A stretch of DNA of 64,000 bases, taken from the NCBI GenBank assembly GCA_038207085.1, contig JBBRAE010000008.1:1-64000 (forward strand). Direction: 5' to 3'. This document shows positions 30,150 through 39,708 of this stretch, in pieces. The stretch's first letter is position 1. The number at the start of each line of letters is the position of its first letter. Under the pieces are notes generated by a model. The model saw only the letters and a list, made by a program, of their open reading frames with translations, did not search any database and was not told where the DNA came from. The position numbers and the translations under genes are program-made. This DNA is from Armatimonadota bacterium. GTDB taxonomy: Bacteria > Armatimonadota > UBA5829 > DTLH01.

Positions 30150-30568
30150 AGTTCTGGGATACCTCCGCGCTTTTCGTGCTCCTGACCGTCCAGCCCGACA
30201 GCTCCAGTGCCGCCGCCGTGTTTGGCTCTGATCCTGAGGTGGCGATGTGGTGGGTGACATCCGTCGAGTTGGCCTCGGCAGCGTCCCGGTTGCGTAGAAT
30301 GGGTGAGGTTGACGAGGCGGGCTATGTGCGCATACTCAGCAAGATAGCGCCTTTTGCTCGGAGCGCTGAGGAGGTCCAGCCTACTGAGGAGGTCAGGCAG
30401 ACCGCGCTCAGGCTGATCCGGGTCCACGACCTGCGTACCGCTGACTCGCTCCAACTCGCGGCAGCTCTTGTCTGGGCAAGGCACGTCCCAACAGGTCTTG
30501 GGTTTGTATGCATGGATGCGAAGCTTCGTGCAGCTGCCGAAAAAGAGGGTTTTATCGTCTTGGGATAA
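30146..30568 (+). CDS. vapC: PIN-domain toxin
   Basis: FWDTSAL, VELASA, LRTADSLQLAAA, D.KL..AA..EGF. Confidence 0.92.
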   Translation: MKFWDTSALFVLLTVQPDSSSAAAVFGSDPEVAMWWVTSVELASAASRLRRMGEVDEAGYVRILSKIAPFARSAEEVQPTEEVRQTALRLIRVHDLRTADSLQLAAALVWARHVPTGLGFVCMDAKLRAAAEKEGFIVLG

Positions 30569-30667
30569 GCTTGGAACACGGCTGTTGTGGGTGTGATACT
30601 GCGATTTGTTTGGTGGTGATCTCCCTTATTTCCTTCCTCGAATGCAGGATAACAAATATTCAATCCC

Positions 30668-30748
30668 TTAGCCCGCTTTATTCGTGAAGCGAATAAAGCT
30701 TTCACTAACAGAGCATTATTCACGCCACTCGTGAATAATGCCGGTTAG
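30668..30748 (+). repeat. 81-nt double-hairpin palindromic repeat (TTAG/CTAG-ended family)
   Basis: GCTTTATTCG..CGAATAAAGC plus GCATTATTCACG..CGTGAATAATGC; near reverse complement of 43979-44059. Confidence 0.88.
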
Positions 30749-30818
30749 AGCGTGTCTGAGAAGTGTAGTGGCCGGCACGGCGACCGGCCACTACAATCGG
30801 GATTTCTCAAACCCGCTC
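30748..30818. mobile_element. 71-bp MITE with IS5 (IS1031-group)-like ends, carrying a REP hairpin
   Basis: TIRs GAGCGTGTCTGAGAA / TTCTCAAACCCGCTC (13/15 match), flanked by TTA on both sides; internal TGTAGTGGCCGG-N8-CCGGCCACTACA (30764-30795). Confidence 0.65.
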
Positions 30819-31038
30819 TTAGATGCACAGCAATCCAGCATAACGAAATGAAGGTGATGCATACAGGCCAAGGGTGACAATCCCCCCTGTCACTCCCCCA
30901 CAAATCACCGTGCAATCTCCCCATCCCGCAATCCAACTTACTGTCGTCAAAATTTGCCTTCTCTCTGGAGTCCACGCCCAATTCATGGTATGCTTGATGA
31001 GTATGTAATTGATTCATGTGCGGCTGAGGTGTGGATAG

Positions 31039-33018
31039 ATGGGTCAGAAACGTATTCAGAAGAAACCTGCACCTGTAGAGGTGGCAGTTGACTGGCGAGT
31101 GATCGCTGGGATAATCATTGCGCTGGCGTTTGGGACGCTTGTGGTCTACCTGCGGGTTGTTGGGCATCAATTTCTTCAGTTTGACGACCCTGAATATATA
31201 AAGAAGAACTTCAATATTGTCAACGGTCCGACGCCTGAAGCTATCAGGTGGGCGTTTGCCAAGACCGGCTACTGCTCGAACTGGCACCCACTGACGTGGA
31301 TATCCCATATGATCGATATGAAGATCTTTGGGATGGATGCGGGGATGCACCTTCTCGTCAACGTCGCGCTGCACATTGGAAGCACGGTGCTGCTGTTCCT
31401 TGGGCTTTTCAAGCTCACGGGGTCTCCGTGGCGAAGTGCGTTTGTGGCGGCGCTTTTTGCCGTTCACCCCGCGCATGTGGAGTCGGTCGCGTGGGTTGCT
31501 GAGCGCAAAGACGTGCTCTCGACGTTCTTTCTTATGCTCACCATCCTCTCCTACGCGCACTACGTGAAGCGCAAGGGGACGGCGAAATACGCGCTCTATG
31601 GGGCGATGATCGTAAGCTACGCGCTCGGGCTGCTCTCCAAACCGATGCTGGTCACGCTGCCGTTTGTGCTGCTTCTGCTCGACTGGTGGCCGCTTGGCAG
31701 GTTCGCCCGGGTCCAGAATGGCAAGAAGGTAGAAACTCGGCCGTCGATCTTCTCGATCGTCGCCGAAAAACTGCCACTCTTTGCGATGGCGGCGTTTTCT
31801 TCTTATATGACCTACTCCGTGCAGCGGATGGGTGGGGCGGTCGCCTCGACCACGCTCACTCTCGGTATGAGAATCGACAACGCCTTCGTCGCCTACGCAA
31901 ACTACATAGGAAAGCTACTTTTTCCAGTGAAACTCGCGGTGGTGTATCCTCACCCCGGCAACACTCTGCCGATCGTAAACGCGATTGCCGCTATGGCGCT
32001 GATCGCCGCGCTTTCGATCGCATTTGCACGAATGACGCGCAAACATCCCTATATCGGGATGGGGTGGGTGTTCTTTATCTTTACGCTCCTGCCTGTGATC
32101 GGACTTTTCGTGCAGGTCGGCGAGCAGGGGATGGCGGACCGATACACCTACGTGCCGTACATCGGGCTCTTTATCATGATCGCCTGGGGAGTGCCGGAGC
32201 TCCTTGCGAGAATGCCTGATCGGAAGCGCGCGCAGACACTTGGCGCGCTTGCGGGCGTGGTAATCCTCGCGCTTGCGGCAGGGACCTATCATCAAGTCGG
32301 ATACTGGAAGGACACCGGCACACTTTTCAGGCATACGATCGCAGTCACGCCGCCGAATATCACCGCAGAGATCAACCTCGGGGCCTGGCTTGAGGATCCG
32401 GAGCGGGGCAAGCGGCCGGAGGCGATCGAGCACTACAAGGCGGCCCTTGACGTGAACCCAAACCATGTGAGGTCGCTCAACCTGCTCGCAACGGCTTATG
32501 CTCGGGATCAGAGGTATCAGGAAGCCGTCGATATCTATCAGAAGGCGCTCTCCCTCTCCGATGACCTCAACGTGACCAACAATATCGGGCTCACGCTAAA
32601 CGAAATGGGCAAACCCAAGGACGCGATCCCTTATCTTGAGAAGGTAATTGCACTGAAGCCGGACTTCTTTGCAGCCTATAATAATCTCGGGAACTCCTAT
32701 AGAATGCTTGGTCAGTATGATAAAGCAGTAGAGCTGTTTGATCAGGCTATTGGCATCAACCCGTCGCTCGGACATTCCTACGCAAACCGAGGGCTTGTGC
32801 GCGTGCTGCAGGGAAGGTTCGACGAGGCTTTGGCCGACTATGCCGAAGCCCTGAGGGTCGACCCGAACCTCGGCTACGTGCATACGAGAATGGGCGCGGC
32901 GTACTACTTCATGAAACGCTACCCAGAAGCGCTCGAAGAACTCCGACAGGGTGCGGATATGGGTGTTGAACCTGACCCGGCACTTCTGGCTGACCTCAAG
33001 GCCAGGCTCGGGCAGTGA
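31039..33018 (+). CDS. TMTC-like GT-C membrane glycosyltransferase with C-terminal TPRs
   Basis: FLQFDD.EY, NWHPLTW, HPAHVESVAWVAERKD, LLSKP and ADRYTYVP motifs; multi-TM N-half; TPR C-half. Confidence 0.85.
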   Translation: MGQKRIQKKPAPVEVAVDWRVIAGIIIALAFGTLVVYLRVVGHQFLQFDDPEYIKKNFNIVNGPTPEAIRWAFAKTGYCSNWHPLTWISHMIDMKIFGMDAGMHLLVNVALHIGSTVLLFLGLFKLTGSPWRSAFVAALFAVHPAHVESVAWVAERKDVLSTFFLMLTILSYAHYVKRKGTAKYALYGAMIVSYALGLLSKPMLVTLPFVLLLLDWWPLGRFARVQNGKKVETRPSIFSIVAEKLPLFAMAAFSSYMTYSVQRMGGAVASTTLTLGMRIDNAFVAYANYIGKLLFPVKLAVVYPHPGNTLPIVNAIAAMALIAALSIAFARMTRKHPYIGMGWVFFIFTLLPVIGLFVQVGEQGMADRYTYVPYIGLFIMIAWGVPELLARMPDRKRAQTLGALAGVVILALAAGTYHQVGYWKDTGTLFRHTIAVTPPNITAEINLGAWLEDPERGKRPEAIEHYKAALDVNPNHVRSLNLLATAYARDQRYQEAVDIYQKALSLSDDLNVTNNIGLTLNEMGKPKDAIPYLEKVIALKPDFFAAYNNLGNSYRMLGQYDKAVELFDQAIGINPSLGHSYANRGLVRVLQGRFDEALADYAEALRVDPNLGYVHTRMGAAYYFMKRYPEALEELRQGADMGVEPDPALLADLKARLGQ

Positions 33019-33061
33019 TAGGCGAAGACGGCCTCAGCCGTTGACATTTTGACAGTGCAGG

Positions 33062-33102
33062 CTAGCGAGAGCTTTATTCGTTTCACTAATAAAGCTGGCT
33101 AG
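33062..33102 (-). repeat. Single-hairpin member of the palindromic repeat family
   Basis: CTAGCGAGAGCTTTATTCGTTTCACTAATAAAGCTGGCTAG; near reverse complement of 47687-47727. Confidence 0.8.
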
Positions 33103-33139
33103 AAATTACTCAGCAATGTCCATTAAAGGAGAATCTGCT

Positions 33140-36100
33140 ATGCTAAAGCGCGTTCCGATCTACGCGTTCATCGTTTTGTTGTTGGCCAGCCTGGTGACAA
33201 CAGCTGTTGCTCAGGAGAAGAAAGCTCCGACTCCGCCCAAGAAAGACCCGGCGATGGTCCACTTCCAGAAGGCCATCGAGGCTCACAAGGCGAAGAAGCT
33301 GGACGACGCCATGCGTGAGTACAAGGAAGTTGCGAAGCTCAAGCCTTCGTTCTCCGTCGTGTACTTCAATATGGCAGCGATCCATATGCAGAGAAACGAG
33401 CTCGACGCGGCTATTCCGCTGCTTCTTAAAGTGGAAAAGTTAGAGCCGAAGAACTCCGAAGTTCCTGTTCAGCTCGTACGTATCTATTTCTCCAAAAAGC
33501 AGATGGAGCAAGCCGCCGCGCAGGCTAAAATTGCGGTTGGGCTGAAGAGCAAGGACCCCGTAGCCTACTATGTGTTGGGCATGCAGGCGTTCGAGAAGAA
33601 AAATTACGCTTCGGCTGCATCGAACCTGCGCCGGGTCGTCGATCTCAACCCCACGGACTCACAGGTGCGCTTCAATCTCGCCTATTCCTACATGCAGACC
33701 GGCAAATACGCGCTTGCTCTTAAAGAGTGCGAGAAGCTGACGGCGAAAGACCCCGACAATCTCCAATACCGTCAGATGGCCGCCGAGGCCGCGCGGCTTT
33801 CCAAGAACACCAAGGCCGCTGTGAAGCAGTACGAGGCGATAGCCAAGTTTGATCCCAAAGACACCACTGCGCTTGTCGCCCTTGCCAAGCATTACGAGCA
33901 GACCGGCGACATTAAGAAGTCCAAATCGACTTTCGAGCGGCTTCTCAAGATAAGCAAGCCCGGAAGCGAAGTGGAGTATATCGCAATATTCAACCTCGGA
34001 CGCCTCGCATTCGAGGAGCGACAGTTCAACGTCGCCAAGACGTACTTTGCCAAGGCTTGCGTGCTTCATCCCAAGGATATCAGTGCGAAGCTGAACCTCG
34101 GGCTTGCCGAAACTCAGCTCAAACAGTATGATCTTGCGCTCAAGCACTTCAATGCGGCGCTTGCGATCAACCCCAAACACAGGGGAGCGCTGCTTGGTAT
34201 AGCTGGTATCTACGAAGAGAAGAAAGATTACGAAAACTGCCGCAAATACCTAGGCAAGCTTGCTGCGTATTATCCCAAGGAGTCGCAGTATCTGGTTCAG
34301 ACCGCGTTCGTCTATCTTGAAGAGAACAATACTGACGACGCTGAGAAGACCCTTAAAGACGTTCTCGCCAAGTTCCCGAACGACGTTGCGGCGATGTCCG
34401 GGCTCGCGGATATCTACACCCGTGGACGCAAATATGAGGACGCGATCAAGCAGTGGGAAGCCGTCGGCAAGCTTCCGGCTTCGGCAGTCAGAGCTTCCGG
34501 CGTGCCGGTCCCTGACTACAGGGAGATGATCGCCCAGGTCCATACTCAGGAAAACAGGCACGACAAGGCAGCCGAGCGCTACAAAGACATTCTAAAGGGC
34601 GACCCGGACAACAGTCGAATCCTCGCCGCGCTTGCCGAGTCCTACAGCCGTGGCGGCTTCGCTCAGGAGTCGATCAACACCTGGAGGCAGGTGGAAAAGC
34701 TGAACCCGGATATGGTTGAGCCCTATTTGAGTATTGCCAGGGTCATTCGCACAAACGAGAGGATGTCCCAGGACACCCGCCTCGCAGGCGCAGCAAAGGA
34801 GCTCGAAGGCATCAAGCCGAAGTTCCCGAAGAGCAGGGCGCTTCTTGAGGTGCTTGCCGACATCTACGCCGAGCAGAAGCAGTATGACAAGGCGATCGCC
34901 GCCTGGCAGGAGATCGACACAAAGAAGCTCGCTTCAGAGGGTATGAAGGCGTCCGAGCCGACCGACCGCATAGCCGACCTTCTGGCCGACAAGGGGGACA
35001 TCAATGCCGCGCTCGGCAAATATGACCCGATGATAACCAAGAACTCGAAAGACCCCGTTCCCTATAAGGGCAAGGCGAGGATCTATCTTCGGGACAAGAA
35101 ATATGACGACGCAGTCGCCCAGTGGGAGATGGTAAAGAGCCTCGACCCCAAGAAGATCGATGCCTATCAGCAGATCGCCAATATCTACCGCATGCAGGCC
35201 TTCGAGAAGAAGGAACTCTTCGACAAGGCAATCGGCCAGTACAAAGAGTTCCTCGGGAAAGCTCCCGGCGACGAAGACAAGAAGATGGCTATGTGGCAGA
35301 TGGCGGGCGTATATCACGACGCCAAACGCTACGATGAGACCATCGCCGAGCTTCGCGAGATCGCAGCCGCGTTCCCCAAAGACGCGAAGATGATGAACAT
35401 TACCGACAACATCGCTCGGATCTACTCCACGCAGGGGAAATATGATCTTGCGATTGATGAATACGTCAAAGCCCTCAAGGCTGATCCCAAGGACTCAAAC
35501 GCTTTAACGGGGCTGACACAAGTCTATGGCGAGAAGAAGGATCCCACGCTTGGGGAGCCGGAAGTCGCCGCGCTTCGCAAGCTGATCGAAATCTGCCCGG
35601 ATAACGTCGAGGTGAAAGTCGACGCTTACAGGCAGATAGCGAACTTGTTCTTGAAGAAAGATCAGGACGAGGCGGCATCAAAGGAGTTTGTCGAGGTCGT
35701 CAAGCTTCGCCCCGGGGACGTCAGCACGATCCTCCAGCTCGCGCGGCTTTATGAAAAGCTCGGCAAGAAACCTGAGGCATACGAGCAGTATCGCGCGGCT
35801 GCCAAGTTCAGACCGCTATTTAGAGTGGAGTCCGCCCGTATGCTCGTGGAGCAGGGCAAGGTGGCAGAGGCGAAAGCCGAGCTTGAGGACGCTATCAAGA
35901 CCGATCCCAAGAACGGCAGGACGCACAGCTCACTCGGCAAGATCTATGAGAACGAAGGCAAGACCGACCTCGCCGTGATCGAGTATAAGGCGGCGATCAC
36001 ACTCGACCCGACGATCTTCGACGCGACGTTCGGCCTGATGAAGATCTACGAGAAACAGGGCAAGCTTGACGAGGCCGCGAAGCTTCAGCGCAAGCTTATT

Positions 36101-37030
36101 GAGAATAACCCGAACAACACGAGCCCGACCGACCTGATGCGCGCGCTTGAGAAGGCTGGCAAGATCGAAGAGGCTTCCAAAGAGTATCGGTCACAGATCG
36201 AGAAGAACCCGAAACTTGTCGCGCAGCTCCGCGCTGAGTGGTCGAGGATGCTCCTGCGCCACGATCGGCTGGAGTCGGCGCTTGCGGTCTATCAGGATAT
36301 GATGAAGGATGAAGTCACCAAGTGGGACGGCATCCGCGGGACCGGCGACGTCTATGCCAAACAGGGCAAAGACGCGCAGGCGATCAGCGCTTACAAGCAG
36401 GTGCTCGGCAAGTATCCGTCCTACCCGGACGTGATCGACCGGCTCGAAGCTATCTACGTCGCACAGGGCAAGCGTAACGAGTTCCTAAGCTACATGAAAG
36501 ACCTCGTCAGGACTTCCCAGACGAGCGCTCCCTACGACTTCATGATGGCGAAGTTCAAGTCCGCCGATAGGGCAAGCGAGGGGCTTTCTTACCTTGAGAG
36601 CCTGCAGACCGAGCGCCCGAACGACGACAACCTGAAGGTATGCATCGCCCGCTGGTATGCCGATGGCGGCAACCTGGCAAAGGCGATCGATATCTACGAG
36701 AAGCTGATCGCGACATCCACGCAGGACCCGGGCGTCGGCGTCCGACAGACGCTTGCGATGTTCTACGAGAAGGCCGGGGACAGTGCCAAGGCCATGGTCG
36801 AATACGGCAAATGCGTCGACCAGAGCGGCTCCCCTGAGCTTCGCATGAAGTATGCGGCGCTTCTTGAGAAGTCGGGTAAGAACGACGACGCGCTCATTCA
36901 GTATAAGAAGGTCCTCCAGATGGACCCCACGAACGAAGAGGCCACCCGCGGGATGAAGAGGATCGACCCGAATGCGGTCGCTCCGGCCCCCGAGCCCATG
37001 CCCGGCCAGATGGGCAACATGTCGCGTTAG
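33140..37030 (+). CDS. Very large exported TPR-repeat protein
   Basis: Signal peptide from ATG 33140 (AGGAG RBS); TPR-like units along nearly the whole ~1300 aa. Confidence 0.9.
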   Translation: MLKRVPIYAFIVLLLASLVTTAVAQEKKAPTPPKKDPAMVHFQKAIEAHKAKKLDDAMREYKEVAKLKPSFSVVYFNMAAIHMQRNELDAAIPLLLKVEKLEPKNSEVPVQLVRIYFSKKQMEQAAAQAKIAVGLKSKDPVAYYVLGMQAFEKKNYASAASNLRRVVDLNPTDSQVRFNLAYSYMQTGKYALALKECEKLTAKDPDNLQYRQMAAEAARLSKNTKAAVKQYEAIAKFDPKDTTALVALAKHYEQTGDIKKSKSTFERLLKISKPGSEVEYIAIFNLGRLAFEERQFNVAKTYFAKACVLHPKDISAKLNLGLAETQLKQYDLALKHFNAALAINPKHRGALLGIAGIYEEKKDYENCRKYLGKLAAYYPKESQYLVQTAFVYLEENNTDDAEKTLKDVLAKFPNDVAAMSGLADIYTRGRKYEDAIKQWEAVGKLPASAVRASGVPVPDYREMIAQVHTQENRHDKAAERYKDILKGDPDNSRILAALAESYSRGGFAQESINTWRQVEKLNPDMVEPYLSIARVIRTNERMSQDTRLAGAAKELEGIKPKFPKSRALLEVLADIYAEQKQYDKAIAAWQEIDTKKLASEGMKASEPTDRIADLLADKGDINAALGKYDPMITKNSKDPVPYKGKARIYLRDKKYDDAVAQWEMVKSLDPKKIDAYQQIANIYRMQAFEKKELFDKAIGQYKEFLGKAPGDEDKKMAMWQMAGVYHDAKRYDETIAELREIAAAFPKDAKMMNITDNIARIYSTQGKYDLAIDEYVKALKADPKDSNALTGLTQVYGEKKDPTLGEPEVAALRKLIEICPDNVEVKVDAYRQIANLFLKKDQDEAASKEFVEVVKLRPGDVSTILQLARLYEKLGKKPEAYEQYRAAAKFRPLFRVESARMLVEQGKVAEAKAELEDAIKTDPKNGRTHSSLGKIYENEGKTDLAVIEYKAAITLDPTIFDATFGLMKIYEKQGKLDEAAKLQRKLIENNPNNTSPTDLMRALEKAGKIEEASKEYRSQIEKNPKLVAQLRAEWSRMLLRHDRLESALAVYQDMMKDEVTKWDGIRGTGDVYAKQGKDAQAISAYKQVLGKYPSYPDVIDRLEAIYVAQGKRNEFLSYMKDLVRTSQTSAPYDFMMAKFKSADRASEGLSYLESLQTERPNDDNLKVCIARWYADGGNLAKAIDIYEKLIATSTQDPGVGVRQTLAMFYEKAGDSAKAMVEYGKCVDQSGSPELRMKYAALLEKSGKNDDALIQYKKVLQMDPTNEEATRGMKRIDPNAVAPAPEPMPGQMGNMSR

Positions 37031-37069
37031 CCCGCATTATTCACGCTACTCGTGAATAATGCGGGTTAG
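37027..37069. repeat. Single-hairpin member of the palindromic repeat family, overlapping the TPR gene stop
   Basis: TTAGCCCGCATTATTCACG-CTACT-CGTGAATAATGCGGGTTAG. Confidence 0.85.
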
Positions 37070-37093
37070 TTCAAAGAGACATAGCAGACACCC

Positions 37094-37132
37094 AAGCCCG
37101 CTCTCAATATTCTTTGAGAGCGGGCTTTTTTT
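37094..37132 (+). terminator. Rho-independent terminator
   Basis: AAGCCCGCTCTCAA / TTGAGAGCGGGCTT plus T-tract. Confidence 0.85.
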
Positions 37133-37234
37133 ATTGAAGTATCCTCCCAACCAAGCGGTCTAAGCATATAGAACGGCGCGAATGGACCACAACGGTCGGA
37201 ACGGGTTCGCGCTTGTGAAAGGGGATATTTCAAG

Positions 37235-39625
37235 ATGAAGTTTCGATTGTTTCTGGTTATGATGCTCGCGCTCATCGCGGTTGCGGCGGTGGGGCTTGTT
37301 GTCCAGTCGGTGAGCGCCGACTCAAACCGCGTCGCGCTGAAGCACAGGCTGATGCCTGCGAGCAAAGTCACGGGCGGACAGCTTCAGGTCGTCGGGAAAG
37401 ACGGGAAGCAGCTTGGGCAGTGCCCGCTTGAGCATACGACGGTCAAGGCCGAGGCGGCGGGGTTTGTCGCCCGGGTGGACGTGACGCAGGAGTTCACAAA
37501 CCCACTTGATGAGCCGATCGAAGCCGTTTATGTCTTCCCGCTGCCCTCGGACTGCGCCGTTGATGCGATGGAGATGACCGTCGGCGACAGGGTGATCACG
37601 GGGACGGTCAAGCGCCGCGAAGAGGCGAAGCAGATCTACGAGGCTGCCCGCAGAGAGGGCAAAGTTGCGAGTTTGCTCGACCAGGAACGGCCGAACATCT
37701 TCACCCAGTCGGTCGCAAACATCATGCCCGGTGCGCGCGTCAAGATCAAGATCAGCTATGTCGACGTGCTGAAGTATGAGGACGGGCTCTACGAGTTCAG
37801 CTTCCCGATGGTCGTCGGGCCGCGCTACATGCCAGGCGGCGATCAGGTGCCGGACGCAGGGAGTATCACCCCGCCCATCACTCCTGAAGGCACTCGTGCG
37901 GGGCACGACATATCAATCGACCTTGATATCAACGCTGGGGTGCCGATCGGTGAGATCAAGAGCGTCCTACATGAAGTTAAAGTCGATCGATCTGCTGACA
38001 CCGAGGCGCGCGTGACGCTGAGGGACGAGTCGACGATCCCTAACAAAGACTTTATCGTCCGCTACAGGGTCGCAGGCGAGAGCGTCCGCACCGGCTTTCT
38101 TCCCAACACTCGGAGCGCGGGCGACGGTTACTTTGGCATGATCCTCGTGCCGCCGAAGTCGCCGACGCCGGAGCAGATCGCGCCCAGGGAGATGATATTC
38201 GTCATCGATTCATCGGGTTCGCAGCAGGGGTGGCCGATCGAGAAGGCCAAGGAGACGATGAAGCTCTGCATCGAGAAGATGAACCCCGGCGACACATTCA
38301 ACGTCATGTCGTTCTCAAATGAGGTGAACCCGCTGTTCTCCTCGCCGCAGCCGAACACCATCGAGAACAGAGCATTCGCGACTGAGTTCCTCGCGTCGAG
38401 TCTTGGAAACGGCGGAACGGAGATGATGAAAGCCATCGACGCCTGCCTCACGCCACAGCCAGACCCCAAACGCCTGCGGGTGATATGCTTTATGACCGAC
38501 GGTTACGTCGGAGATGACTTTGCAATTCTCGACACCATCAAAAAGAAGATCGGTAACGCCCGGCTGTTCTCATTCGGGATCGGCAACGGCGTGAATCGGT
38601 TTCTGCTCGACGGTATGGCTCGGATGGGCCGGGGAGCGGTCGAATACGTCACTCTGCAGGAAGAAGGCAAGGGCGCAGCGGAGCGATTCTATGAGCGAAT
38701 CGGCAAACCGGTGCTGACCGATATTTCGATCGACTGGAACGGTCTGCCCGTATACGACACCTATCCGAATCAGATTCCTGACCTCTTCAGCGCCCAGCCG
38801 GTCATAATCAAAGGCCGCTACGACAAGCCGATGAGCGGGACGGTGATCATCCACGGCAGGCTTGGCGGCAGACCGTGGGAGGAGCGCATTAAGGTTTCGC
38901 TTCCGGGGCACGAGGAAGAGAATGGGGCGCTCCCGGCGCTTTGGGCCAGGGCCAGGATAGGCGACCTGATGGCGCTCGACTACGAAGGCACCCAGCGGGG
39001 GAAGACCGACCCCAAGATCAAAGAAGACATCATCGCCACCGCGCTCAGCTATCAATTGATGAGCCAGTTCACCTCGTTTGTCGCAGTCGAGGAGAAGGTG
39101 GTGAACGAAGGCGGCGTGCAGAAGAAGGTGGCGGTGCCGGTCGAGATGTCCGATGGGGTGAGCTATGAAGGTATCTTTGGCGACAAGGCAGAGGCGGGCC
39201 AGGCCGTCTATTGCAATAGCGTTCCCAGCCCGTCGATGCCCAAGATAATGAGAGTTCCTATGTCGGGCTCCGTGAACGTGGCAGCGACCTCTCCTGCGCC
39301 CTATGTCGAGTGTGACGCCGGCGCCTCCGACGCACTGAAGCCCGTTATTATGAAGCCCCAGCAGATACGAAAGCAGAAGATCGAGACCCGGCTTGCCCCG
39401 TCGCTTCGCAAGCTTGTCGCGAACGGTAAAGTGGGAGACAAGGCGCGGGTGTCGATCAAGATGTCAGCGTTGTCTGAGACAAATCTCGCTCAGCTTCGCG
39501 CACTTGGGGTCAAGATCACGAGCACGAATAAGTCGCTTGTGATGGTGATCGGCTCGGTTCCAGTTGCCAGGCTTGAGGAGCTTGCACTGCTCGACTGCGT
39601 GGTGAAGATCGCGCCTGTCAGGTGA
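37235..39625 (+). CDS. Exported VIT + vWA domain protein
   Basis: QEFTNP..IEAVYVFPLP (VIT); FVIDSSGS MIDAS, GGTEM, FMTDG; LMSQFTSFVAVEE. Confidence 0.92.
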   Translation: MKFRLFLVMMLALIAVAAVGLVVQSVSADSNRVALKHRLMPASKVTGGQLQVVGKDGKQLGQCPLEHTTVKAEAAGFVARVDVTQEFTNPLDEPIEAVYVFPLPSDCAVDAMEMTVGDRVITGTVKRREEAKQIYEAARREGKVASLLDQERPNIFTQSVANIMPGARVKIKISYVDVLKYEDGLYEFSFPMVVGPRYMPGGDQVPDAGSITPPITPEGTRAGHDISIDLDINAGVPIGEIKSVLHEVKVDRSADTEARVTLRDESTIPNKDFIVRYRVAGESVRTGFLPNTRSAGDGYFGMILVPPKSPTPEQIAPREMIFVIDSSGSQQGWPIEKAKETMKLCIEKMNPGDTFNVMSFSNEVNPLFSSPQPNTIENRAFATEFLASSLGNGGTEMMKAIDACLTPQPDPKRLRVICFMTDGYVGDDFAILDTIKKKIGNARLFSFGIGNGVNRFLLDGMARMGRGAVEYVTLQEEGKGAAERFYERIGKPVLTDISIDWNGLPVYDTYPNQIPDLFSAQPVIIKGRYDKPMSGTVIIHGRLGGRPWEERIKVSLPGHEEENGALPALWARARIGDLMALDYEGTQRGKTDPKIKEDIIATALSYQLMSQFTSFVAVEEKVVNEGGVQKKVAVPVEMSDGVSYEGIFGDKAEAGQAVYCNSVPSPSMPKIMRVPMSGSVNVAATSPAPYVECDAGASDALKPVIMKPQQIRKQKIETRLAPSLRKLVANGKVGDKARVSIKMSALSETNLAQLRALGVKITSTNKSLVMVIGSVPVARLEELALLDCVVKIAPVR

Positions 39626-39632
39626 CCCGGTC

Positions 39633-39708
39633 GGGCGGACACATTCGTCCGCCCTCTTGCACCATCTGCATGAGCCCGAAATGGGCGGACACATTGGTCC
39701 GCCCCTAC
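39633..39708 (-). repeat. Two GTAG-type REP palindromes between convergent genes
   Basis: GGGCGGACACATT(C/G)GTCCGCCC at 39633-39654 and 39683-39704; the second reads GTAGGGGCGGACC.. on the minus strand. Confidence 0.8.
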
